Source of the DNA: Candidatus Eiseniibacteriota bacterium | GTDB lineage: Bacteria; Eisenbacteria; RBG-16-71-46; CAZAMP01 | NCBI GenBank assembly: GCA_965224245.1 | Contig: CBDCYW010000021.1 | Location: forward strand, 1 to 14,456 | Length of the DNA: 14,456 nt | Reading direction: 5' to 3' | Shown: one piece after another, positions 6,918 through 14,456 of the stretch | How positions within the stretch are numbered: position 1 is the first letter of the stretch | Layout: each line of letters starts with the position of its first letter | Notes under the pieces: model-generated | The model's database searches: none | What the model was told of the DNA's origin: nothing | Seen by the model: only the letters and a program-made list of their open reading frames with translations | Made by a program: the position numbers and the translations under genes

Positions 6918-7256
6918 TCATCGATGTCCAAGCCGACTGATACGTCTACGCTGGTCCGACCATGAGACCGACCGAAGCGCCTCGCGAAGCCGTCGCTCCC
7001 CGACGACGATCGACCCGTCGACCAACCCCACCTGGATCTCCGGCGCCAGCCCCAGCAGCGCCGTGATCTGCGAGAGCCTCGCCCTCGACACCCCGGCGAC
7101 CCGCGCCACGTCGGCGAAGCTCTCGATCCGCCCGTCGCGCACCATCGCGTCCAGCACGAGCGCAAGCGCCATCAACCTCGCCGATCGGGGCACGGTGGGG
7201 GCCTCAGGTTCGGGGGCCGCCTTGGGGCGAAACGTGGCACGAATGGTCACACTCAC
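6918..7256 (-). CDS. Small HTH protein coupled to the serine recombinase
   Basis: SFADVARVAGVSRARLSQITALLGLAPEIQ is a ParB/Spo0J-like HTH. Its GTG start overlaps the recombinase stop (GTGA, 7253-7256). Confidence 0.8.
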   Translation of the reverse strand: MSVTIRATFRPKAAPEPEAPTVPRSARLMALALVLDAMVRDGRIESFADVARVAGVSRARLSQITALLGLAPEIQVGLVDGSIVVGERRLREALRSVSWSDQRRRISRLGHR

Positions 7257-8782
7257 CGCTCACCGCCGGGCAGAAGCGAGACCGCACCCTCACGAAACGT
7301 GATCGCCACCTCGCCGGTCGACCCGTCGTACTCGACACGCTCGACGAGCAGCGTGAGGGTCTCGTGCTTCTCACGCGCCGTCAGACGCCCCCACAGCGCG
7401 TCGAACTCCGACAGGGCTTCCGAGACGCCCGTGCGGTTGATCGTGCGGCCACGGACCGCTGTGAGCGTTTCCTGGGCCACACGGCGGCGGCGCTCGGTGC
7501 TCCTGAGGCGTCGGTTGATCTCGGCGATGCGATCGTCGTCGTGTTCGTCACGGGCGCGGTTGAGTTCTCTACGGAGCTGCTTGATCTCGGCGTCAAGCAG
7601 GCGGACGTCGTTGGCGAGTTCTTTCACGCGAACCTTGGCCTGGGACTTGGCGGACGCGACGGTGGCGGCGATCAGCTTGGGGTCGCTGCCGATGCCCCGG
7701 ATCTGGTCGATGACGAACGCTTCGATCTCGCCAGCGGCGACCGGTGCGGTGGGGCAGGCGTGCGCCCCTTCCTTCTGGCGACGGGTGCAGACGTAGTACG
7801 CGTACGATCGGCGGCGCTTCACCGTCGCGGTCCGGGTCATCGCGGCGTCGCAGGCGGAGCAGCGGAGTAGGCCCGCGAGCAGGGCCGTGCGCTTCGTCCT
7901 CGGGGCCGAACCGTTCGTCACGCGGTTACCGGCCAGACACGCCTGCGCGGCCTCGAAGGTCTCGGAGTCCACGATGGCCTCGTGCTCTGCGTCCACGATC
8001 TCGTCACCGCAGCGGATCTGGCCCACGTAGAGGGGGTTCGTCAGGAGCTTCTGGAGCGTCGACTTACCGAAGTCCACGCCACCGTGGACCTTGTCCGAGG
8101 CCGACACCCAGCGTTTCGTGGTCCAGCCCCGGCGGCGGATCTCGGCGATGGTGGCCGAGAGCGATCGGTTCTCCAGGTAGACGCGGAAGACTTCTCGGAC
8201 CCGCTCGGCCTCGACCTCGTTCACGGCGAGCCGGCCACCACCTTCGGCCACGTCGTACCCGAGCACCGGCACGCCTCCGGTCCACTGGCCCCGTCGCCGC
8301 GCTGCCCGCATCTTGTCTCGGGTGCGCTCGCGGATCATCTCGCGCTCGAACTCCGCGAAGCTCATCAGCATGTTCAGCGTCAGCCGGCCCATCGACGACG
8401 ACGTATCGAGTTGCTGGGTGACAGACACGAGGCCAACCTCGTGCTTCTCCAGCGTCTGCATGATCCGGGCGAAGTCCAGCAGCGAGCGGGAGAGTCGGTC
8501 GACCTTGTACACGACGATCCGGTCGATCAGGCCCGCCTCGACGTCGCGCAGCAGCCGCTGGAACGCCGGGCGCTCGGTTGTGCCACCGGAGAAACCGCCG
8601 TCGTCGTAGCGGTCGGGAAGCGGCATCCACCCGAGACCCGCCTGCGACCGGACGAACGCCTCGGCCGACTCCCGCTGGGCGTCGAGCGTGTTGAAGGCCT
8701 GATCCAGGCCCTCGTCGGTGGACTTGCGGGTGTAGATGGCGCAGCGCACCTCGGGGGCCGATGTGGTCGACAGGACGGCCAT
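7253..8782 (-). CDS. Large serine recombinase (resolvase + recombinase + Zn-ribbon + coiled coil), ~509 aa
   Basis: RCAIYTRKS (catalytic Ser), YKVDRLSR, FAEFEREMIRERTRD, LAGLLRCSACDAAM...YYVC...C. ATG at 8782 sits just after the DUF2924 stop; the ORF-track extension to 8920 overlaps DUF2924. Confidence 0.95.
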   Translation of the reverse strand: MAVLSTTSAPEVRCAIYTRKSTDEGLDQAFNTLDAQRESAEAFVRSQAGLGWMPLPDRYDDGGFSGGTTERPAFQRLLRDVEAGLIDRIVVYKVDRLSRSLLDFARIMQTLEKHEVGLVSVTQQLDTSSSMGRLTLNMLMSFAEFEREMIRERTRDKMRAARRRGQWTGGVPVLGYDVAEGGGRLAVNEVEAERVREVFRVYLENRSLSATIAEIRRRGWTTKRWVSASDKVHGGVDFGKSTLQKLLTNPLYVGQIRCGDEIVDAEHEAIVDSETFEAAQACLAGNRVTNGSAPRTKRTALLAGLLRCSACDAAMTRTATVKRRRSYAYYVCTRRQKEGAHACPTAPVAAGEIEAFVIDQIRGIGSDPKLIAATVASAKSQAKVRVKELANDVRLLDAEIKQLRRELNRARDEHDDDRIAEINRRLRSTERRRRVAQETLTAVRGRTINRTGVSEALSEFDALWGRLTAREKHETLTLLVERVEYDGSTGEVAITFREGAVSLLPGGER

Positions 8783-8784
8783 GG

Positions 8785-9282
8785 TCAGTCTCTCGCTCTC
8801 TTGGCGCCCCAAAACACCTTGCCGTTCCAGTTCACGCCGGTCGCGGCCCTCGCCGCCCCGCTTAGCGAGCGGTACACCTCGCCGTCGAACTCGAAGCCGC
8901 CGTGCTCGAGGACGCGGCACTCTAGGACGCGGCCTCTGTACTCCCGGCGGAGCACCGTCCCGGCGGGCGGGAGGTTGAGATCACGCGATGACAAGCGTTT
9001 GCGAACGCGAGACGACGAGCGTGCGCCCGCCTCGGCGCCAATCGGTGGTCGCGTGCGCAGGAACGCGAAGTCGGCCAGCTCCCGGGCCCGGGCCATCACG
9101 GCCTCCGGGTGCCCCGAGAAGCCCTCGGCGTCGGCCTGGAGCTTCCAGGCGATGCGTTTCACCAAGTGCGCCTTGCTGTGCGAGCGCGTCTCCTCGCCCC
9201 ACAGGTCCCGGTAGCGCCGCTGAAGGTCGGCGACCGTCATGGCCCGCAGCGTCTCCAGCTCTCGATCCAGGTCCAGGGTCAC
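8785..9282 (-). CDS. DUF2924-family protein
   Basis: LRAMTVADLQRRYRDLWG...KRIAWKLQ...PPAGTVLRREYRG...YRSLSGAARAATGVNWNGKVFWG. GGAGGA RBS at 9286-9291. Usual position directly upstream of a serine recombinase. Confidence 0.9.
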   Translation of the reverse strand: MTLDLDRELETLRAMTVADLQRRYRDLWGEETRSHSKAHLVKRIAWKLQADAEGFSGHPEAVMARARELADFAFLRTRPPIGAEAGARSSSRVRKRLSSRDLNLPPAGTVLRREYRGRVLECRVLEHGGFEFDGEVYRSLSGAARAATGVNWNGKVFWGAKRARD

Positions 9283-9314
9283 GGGTCCTCCTCTCTCGGG
9301 GTGTCAACCGTGGG

Positions 9315-9348
9315 GACATGGACGCTCGGAGTGGCGGGGACATCAAGT
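9315..9348 (-). promoter_or_regulatory. Conserved upstream motif, copy C (CTTGAT-N14-GAGCG-TC-CATGTC)
   Basis: About 26 of 34 positions match copy A (1302-1335). It lies about 33 bp upstream of the DUF2924 start, in the same relative orientation as copy A to its gene. Confidence 0.6.
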
Positions 9349-9449
9349 GGATCGTTGGGGAGCTCGCCGGGAATCAAGCGGAGGTAGGCGCGGGCCAGCA
9401 GAGTCGCGAGCGCCGTGTGATCCAGGTCATTGCTCATGCTGACCATGCG

Positions 9450-9701
9450 CTATCGCGTCGACGAGGCCGCGCTGGGTGCGATCGTCGGTCGCGGGGTATC
9501 GACGGACTGGATGGCCCGTTTCACACAAGCCGCGACGTCCTGTCGAAGACAGGCTCGGAGCCGAACGGCCAACCGAAAGGATGGGTCGTTTGGTTCGCAG
9601 TCGCGCGTGGCGATCGCGAGGATTGGCACGAGTCGCTGCCAGATCGCATCGGTGAGGTCTATCGTCAACGTGTGGGACAGATCGGATCTGTAGGCGGTCA
9701 T
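9450..9701 (-). CDS. Small hypothetical protein (~83 aa)
   Basis: ATG at 9701 overlaps the upstream gene's TGA (ATGA coupling). Helical, protein-like sequence MTAYRSDLSHTLTIDLTDAIWQRLVPIL. Confidence 0.5.
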   Translation of the reverse strand: MTAYRSDLSHTLTIDLTDAIWQRLVPILAIATRDCEPNDPSFRLAVRLRACLRQDVAACVKRAIQSVDTPRPTIAPSAASSTR

Positions 9702-11380
9702 GGCTGTCGTCCGCGAAACATCCACTCGTAGCCTGGTTCGGACACGAGAGCCTTGCGAAGCTTCGTGCGCGCTCGCTTTATCCGCTGTCCCACGGCTTGT
9801 TGTGAAACACCAAGGCCCTCCGCGATGGTGGTCTGCGACTGGCCATCGCAGATGTGTGCGACGAGGATGTCCCGTTCCGTCTCGGTGCAGAATCGAGTGG
9901 CAAGGTCGTTCAACGACTCAGCCAGCTCTGGCTGCATGGGATGGTCCGTGGCACGGAGTTCGAACTCGCCACGGTCGCTTAGCTCTAGATCGTCCGAGGC
10001 CACCAAGAGAAGCCAGACAGGGTAGAAGTTCAAAAACAGGTGATATCGACGTCGAAGCTCCGCGGCGAGTTCGGCATTCGGGTGTTTGAAGACGACGACG
10101 GCGAGCCAAAGGGCGAGAGTCTCGGCGTCAGTGCTTGCGACGAACGACCGGACAACTGGGTCCAAGCCTGGGATCATGTTGCCGATGGACGGCTGTCGGA
10201 AATGCACGAGCTGAAACAGTCGTCGTTCCGCTGGACTGAGCCCCTTCCGGACCTTGCGGTAGAGCTGTCTGTTGATCGCGTCTAGGAACGCGAGCTGGCG
10301 GTTTCTGGCATCGAGCGAGATCAGCTGTAGCGACGCGACGAGGTCTCCATGGCTCGAGACGATGAGGTAGAGGGCCTCGAAGTACATCAGTGGGTCAAGT
10401 TGTGATAGCGCGCCTTCGATCACGGCTACCGCGTGTGCCGGGTTGTCGTAGTCAAAAGCAGTCGGATCGTGGTCGAGGATTGCGACGGCTTCCCGGATGG
10501 CGTCGTCGTCGAGCGAACTCCGGTAGTACTCCACTACATCCACGAACAGGTCTGTCGCAGCATCTGGGTCCACATTACGCGCGACGAGTTCCGCGAACCG
10601 ATCGGGCGCCGCGTCGCGGAGCGTGTGTGGGTGGATGTCGACGCGCGTGAGTATCCGATCTAGTCGATCGAGTATCGCCGTGGCACGATCACCGAAGTCT
10701 GTCCGAGGCACGCTCCTGCACTCGTTGATCAACGCACGAGCTGCCTTCCCGTAGGCGTCATCGGTGTTGATCTCCGCCCGTTCCATGGCTTCGGAGATGG
10801 ACAGCTGGATGCCGGCGTCGCGTCTGGCTTCGCGGACGGCACGACCAAGGAACTCAAGCTGCGCGTCGAGAAGATCGCTGCCCTGCCGCTCGAAGGTTTC
10901 GTAGCATTCCTCGACGAGTTCGAAATGCCGGAAGAGCGGGACCCGTAGCTGGATCTCAGGATCGTCCCATTCAGCCTTTGCCAGCAGCACGCCACTGCTC
11001 TCTGTCACCGGTCCGCCGAGCTCGGCGACCTGCTCCCAAAGAGTGGCGCCGGCACAGCAGGAGAGCCTCAACGCCGCGCGGAGCGTTGGAGAGTGCCGCA
11101 ATGTATCGGGCTCGAACATCCGCTTGCGAACGGGGACGACACGCGATCCCAGTGAAGCAAGAAACGGATCAGCCGCCTCGAAGTCCAGGGCTCCGCGACG
11201 ATGCATGTGCCGCCAAACGGCTGTCTCGACCGGGCACCCAGCGGACTCGTCGTCCGGCAGGATAAGGCGAGCAGTCTCTGTTGCGGAGTCGCAACTCGAG
11301 AGTTCGATGGCCAATGCGTCAGCTTCGATGTAGCCGATGCATGACATGTTGTCCGGGTCGTCGAACGTGAGCCGTTCCAT
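9698..11380 (-). CDS. Large protein (~560 aa) with a C-terminal sigma70 region-4-like HTH; N-terminal ~490 aa unrecognised
   Basis: CTETERDILVAHICDGQSQTTIAEGLGVSQQAVGQRIKRARTKLRKAL. ATG at 11380 follows GGGAGG (11387-11392). Confidence 0.8.
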   Translation of the reverse strand: MERLTFDDPDNMSCIGYIEADALAIELSSCDSATETARLILPDDESAGCPVETAVWRHMHRRGALDFEAADPFLASLGSRVVPVRKRMFEPDTLRHSPTLRAALRLSCCAGATLWEQVAELGGPVTESSGVLLAKAEWDDPEIQLRVPLFRHFELVEECYETFERQGSDLLDAQLEFLGRAVREARRDAGIQLSISEAMERAEINTDDAYGKAARALINECRSVPRTDFGDRATAILDRLDRILTRVDIHPHTLRDAAPDRFAELVARNVDPDAATDLFVDVVEYYRSSLDDDAIREAVAILDHDPTAFDYDNPAHAVAVIEGALSQLDPLMYFEALYLIVSSHGDLVASLQLISLDARNRQLAFLDAINRQLYRKVRKGLSPAERRLFQLVHFRQPSIGNMIPGLDPVVRSFVASTDAETLALWLAVVVFKHPNAELAAELRRRYHLFLNFYPVWLLLVASDDLELSDRGEFELRATDHPMQPELAESLNDLATRFCTETERDILVAHICDGQSQTTIAEGLGVSQQAVGQRIKRARTKLRKALVSEPGYEWMFRGRQP

Positions 11381-11775
11381 CACCTGCCTCCCGGTTCGCG
11401 TCGCGCGTGGAGGGTTCCACGCTCTACCCCGTACGGACGCCACAGGCCCAGCCTACAAGCCTCAGCTACAACGTTTTTTGTTTTCCGCCCTAATAGACCC
11501 TGGTGAAACAACTTAAGCCGCCGTCCGTGAGCGGGCCACTTTTCTGGACTTCACGGCTTGTAATCCGCCCTGGTGCTGTCCGTACCGGGTGAGGGCCACA
11601 GGGTAGTGGCCGCTCGTGGTAGGGGGGGCACGCATGACCGCTGGCACGCCCCGGCCGCCGGACTGAACCGTGGTGGGTGCCGCCACGCTGTGTGGACCAT
11701 GACCGGTGAGCACTGGGCGCGCCACGCCGTCTGCGCAGACTGTGGCCGAGAACATCTGACCGAGGATCAGGATGC

Positions 11776-12507
11776 ATGTTGCCAACTGAACGAACGCCAC
11801 CCAAACACGATCTCGCTGATTTCTCGACGCTTCTCTACGGCCCCAGCAAGATCGGCAAGTCGACCTTCGCCTCTGGAGCCCCCGACGCGCTCTTCCTGGC
11901 CACCGAGCCCGGGTTGAATGCGCTAGAGGTCTACCAGCAGCCGATCACCTCGTGGGTCGATCTCCTGGCGGCGTGCGCGGAGCTCTCGAAGGGCGAACAC
12001 CCGTTCAAGACCGTCGTGATCGACACGATCGACAACGCGTACCGCATGTGCGCCGAGCACATCTGCGGCCGGAACGGCGTCGACCACGAGGCGGACCTCC
12101 CTTACGGCAAGGGGTTCTCGCTGGTCCAGAACGAGTTCCAGCGCGTGCTGACGAAGCTCGCGTTCATGCCGTGCGGTCTCATCCTGATCTCCCACGCCCA
12201 GGAGCGCGAGATCGAGACCCCGGGGGGCCGCCGGACGCGCGTGATGCCGACGCTGCCCGAGAAGCCACGGCGCATCGTGGTCGGCCTGGTCGACCTCGTG
12301 CTCTACGTGGATCTCGACGGGTCGGGACCGGGCGCGCGGCGGGTCATCCGGACGAAGCCGACGGCGACCTATGACGCCGGGGATCGCACGGGGCGGCTTC
12401 CCGAGGTGATCGGGCTGAACTATGTGGAGTTCGATGCGGCGTTTCGCCGCTCGGTGACAGACGCGGACCAGACCACTCACTCGACCGACAAGGAGAAGCC
12501 AGTATGA
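11776..12507 (+). CDS. AAA_24 / Sak4-like phage P-loop ATPase
   Basis: Walker A YGPSKIGKST, Walker B TVVIDTID, plus YGKG, LILISH and YDAGDRTGRLP motifs. Confidence 0.9.
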   Translation: MLPTERTPPKHDLADFSTLLYGPSKIGKSTFASGAPDALFLATEPGLNALEVYQQPITSWVDLLAACAELSKGEHPFKTVVIDTIDNAYRMCAEHICGRNGVDHEADLPYGKGFSLVQNEFQRVLTKLAFMPCGLILISHAQEREIETPGGRRTRVMPTLPEKPRRIVVGLVDLVLYVDLDGSGPGARRVIRTKPTATYDAGDRTGRLPEVIGLNYVEFDAAFRRSVTDADQTTHSTDKEKPV

Positions 12508-12920
12508 GCCAGCTCGCAGACGTCCTCGCACAGTTTGACGACGCCTTCAACGACCTGGAGGTGCACGCGGAGTCCAAGGTGCCCGACGGTAAGTACCACG
12601 CGAGAGTCGAAAAGGCCGAACTGACGACGTCGCAGAACGGCAACCTGATGCTCGTGTGGCGGCTTCGCATCATCGGGCCCGATTACGAGGACGAGGTCCT
12701 CTGGCATCGGAACATGATCGCCAGCGAGGACAACATGCTGTGGCTCAAGAAGGACCTCGTGACGTGCGGAGTCCATCTCGACAGCCTCAGCGAGTTGCCG
12801 AACGCCCTTGACGGACTCATCGGGCTTACGCTCGCCGTGGCGAAGAAGACCAAGGGCGAGTACGAGAACGTGTACCTCAACAAGCGGCTCGAGGTGTCCG
12901 CTGGCTCGACGCCGTTTTGA
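12504..12920 (+). CDS. DUF669-like putative phage ssDNA-binding protein
   Basis: VPDGKYHARVEKAELTTSQNGNLMLVWRLRI; C-terminal PF; ATGA-coupled to the AAA_24 gene. Confidence 0.8.
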   Translation: MSQLADVLAQFDDAFNDLEVHAESKVPDGKYHARVEKAELTTSQNGNLMLVWRLRIIGPDYEDEVLWHRNMIASEDNMLWLKKDLVTCGVHLDSLSELPNALDGLIGLTLAVAKKTKGEYENVYLNKRLEVSAGSTPF

Positions 12921-12930
12921 TCCGAGGGGC

Positions 12931-13374
12931 GTGTCGATCGTCGTCGACACGCGTGAACAGCGACCGTGGAGCTTCTCGCCGGAGCGTCCGACCGTGCGTC
13001 GGGCGCTGCCGGCGGGCGACTACTCGGTCGTGGGACTGGAGGAGTGGGTCGCCGTGGAGCGGAAGTCGGTGAACGATCTCGTGACGAGCCTGACCCGGGA
13101 GCGAGCGCGGTTCCTTCGCGAGATGGAACGGTTCGGGGCCTACGACGCGGCCTGTGTGGTCGTCGAGGCCGAGCTGGCCGACGTCGCGGCGCACCGGTAC
13201 CGGTCGAGGGCCACGCCGCGTTCCATCGTGGGGTCGGTGATCACGATCGGGCTCCGCTACCGGGTGCCCACCTACTTCTGTGGAAGCCGCTCGCTCGCGG
13301 CCGCGTTCACCGAGCGCTATCTCGTTCGGTACGCCCAGGAGCGGGCGGCAGTCCAGGTGAGGGCCGCGTCGTGA
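12931..13374 (+). CDS. ERCC4-domain nuclease (stand-alone)
   Basis: Motifs IVVDTREQ, LPAGDYS and VAVERKSVND. The start is uncertain; in-frame GTG 12931 just after the DUF669 stop was chosen. Confidence 0.88.
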   Translation: MSIVVDTREQRPWSFSPERPTVRRALPAGDYSVVGLEEWVAVERKSVNDLVTSLTRERARFLREMERFGAYDAACVVVEAELADVAAHRYRSRATPRSIVGSVITIGLRYRVPTYFCGSRSLAAAFTERYLVRYAQERAAVQVRAAS

Positions 13375-13417
13375 GGGGCGGGGTCGTGCCGCGTTCCATT
13401 GCCTCGGGGGTGCCGAC

Positions 13418-13918
13418 ATGATGGGCGAGACACTCGGGCACGCGCTGCGGTGCGCCGAGCGGGGATGGCGGGTGTTCCCGTGCGGGCCGGGGGCCAAGAT
13501 ACCGGTCGCCGGCTGCCACTGGCCGGACGAGGCGTCTCGGGACCCCGCCGAGATCGCACGCTGGTGGCAGATCCACGCCGAGCCCAACTACGGGATCGTG
13601 ACGGGCGAGACGAGTGCCATCTTCGTCGTCGATCTCGATCGCCATGGGCTCGATGGGGACGAGTCGGGGGCAGAGGATGGGCTCGTGACGCTCGCGGCCC
13701 TGGAGAACGCGCACGAGGAGATCCCGCCGACGTTGACGGTGCGGACACCGTCGGGCGGGTTCCATCTGTACTTCCGGTACCCCGAGGGCGGCGTCCGGAA
13801 CTCCGCGCGGCGCATCGGTCCGGGGATCGACGTGCGCGGAGACGGCGGTTATGTCGTCGGCCCGGGGTCCATTGTCGACGGCACGCGCTACACCATCGTC
13901 GATCGGTGGCGGCCATGA
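13418..13918 (+). CDS. Bifunctional DNA primase/polymerase (Prim-Pol) domain, ending just before its usual C-terminal motif
   Basis: GWRVFPC, NYGIVTG, VVDLDRH, VRTPSGGFHLYF and IDVRGDGGYVVGPGS. Confidence 0.9.
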   Translation: MMGETLGHALRCAERGWRVFPCGPGAKIPVAGCHWPDEASRDPAEIARWWQIHAEPNYGIVTGETSAIFVVDLDRHGLDGDESGAEDGLVTLAALENAHEEIPPTLTVRTPSGGFHLYFRYPEGGVRNSARRIGPGIDVRGDGGYVVGPGSIVDGTRYTIVDRWRP

Positions 13919-14456
13919 CGGTGGTCCAGACCGAGATCGCCGAGGCCCCGGCGTGGCTCCTCGAGCTGGCGCGAGAGAAGCCGAGGGCACTGTCTCTCGT
14001 ACCATCGCCCGTGTCGCCGCGCGTGAAGACCGTGGGCGAGATCATGACCGAGGCGGGGAAGCTGGAAGGGTTCACCGAGACGGCGCCGGGCAAGCTGAGG
14101 GGATGCTGCATCTTCCATGATGACACGCATCCGTCCGCTGCCGTCTGGGTCGGAGATGAGCACGATCTCGGCAGCTATCACTGCTCGGCAGGCTGTGGAT
14201 CGTTCGGGGCCAAGGAACTCGCCGCGCGTCTCGGCATCGCGTTCCATCGGGAGGGCCCCCTCGGGCCGGGGCGCACCACCGGGCAGCGCACGTACCGCCT
14301 GGACGAGGTGGGCAACGCCGAGCGTCTGGTCGACCGCTTTGGCGACGTCCTCCGCTATTGCCCGCAGCGCCGGTCCTGGCTCGTGTGGGACGGGGGCCGC
14401 TGGGCCTGGGATGTGGCCGACAGCGTCTTCGAGTACGCGCGAAAGACGATCAATGC
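13915..14456 (+). CDS. P4-family primase/helicase N-terminal part: CHC2-type Zn finger + D5_N (partial, runs off the window; not in the ORF track)
   Basis: Hand translation from ATG 13915: MTVVQTEIAEAPAWLLEL...GCCIFHDDTHPS...YHCSAGCG...DEVGNAERLVDRFGDVLRYCPQRRSWLVWDGGRW. No stop before the window end. Confidence 0.85.
   Translation, partial: MTVVQTEIAEAPAWLLELAREKPRALSLVPSPVSPRVKTVGEIMTEAGKLEGFTETAPGKLRGCCIFHDDTHPSAAVWVGDEHDLGSYHCSAGCGSFGAKELAARLGIAFHREGPLGPGRTTGQRTYRLDEVGNAERLVDRFGDVLRYCPQRRSWLVWDGGRWAWDVADSVFEYARKTIN

Noticed and set aside
11573-11917. ORF with a CADCGREH Cys/His cluster upstream of the AAA ATPase
   Set aside because: No convincing start or RBS, and it overlaps the ATPase gene by about 140 bp.
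1-14456. CRISPR array, tRNA or rRNA genes, serine recombinase att sites
   Set aside because: No regularly spaced repeats or recognisable RNA genes seen. att sites cannot be assigned without an empty-site comparison.

Overview
GC-rich bacterial window that looks entirely like mobile or accessory DNA, probably the interior of an integrative or prophage-like element. From left to right: (i) two leftward hypothetical genes, one with a basic histone-like tail; (ii) a short, catalytic-domain-only tyrosine recombinase (+); (iii) co-oriented cargo: a frameshifted GNAT acetyltransferase, an Ig-like/beta-propeller lipoprotein, an intact IS3-family element with a 3-bp target duplication, and a HEPN-like protein; (iv) a convergent DUF2924 / large serine recombinase / small HTH operon (-); (v) a ~560-aa protein with a C-terminal sigma70 region-4 HTH and a coupled small ORF (-); (vi) a phage-like replication/recombination operon (+): AAA_24/Sak4-like ATPase, DUF669-like protein, ERCC4 nuclease, Prim-Pol, and a CHC2 Zn-finger/D5_N primase that runs off the window. 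The standout signal is a second, diverged copy of the last 42 codons of the tyrosine recombinase gene (2963-3088), 823 bp downstream and right after the GNAT stop. Both copies share a perfect 21-bp core containing a near-palindrome. This suggests cargo cassettes of the form [recombinase 3' end + gene] that insert into the recombinase gene itself and swap its catalytic C-terminus. A conserved CTTGAT-N13-15-GAGCG-N2-3-CATGT motif occurs three times in intergenic regions upstream of element genes. All family calls come from motif recognition by eye, not database searches.
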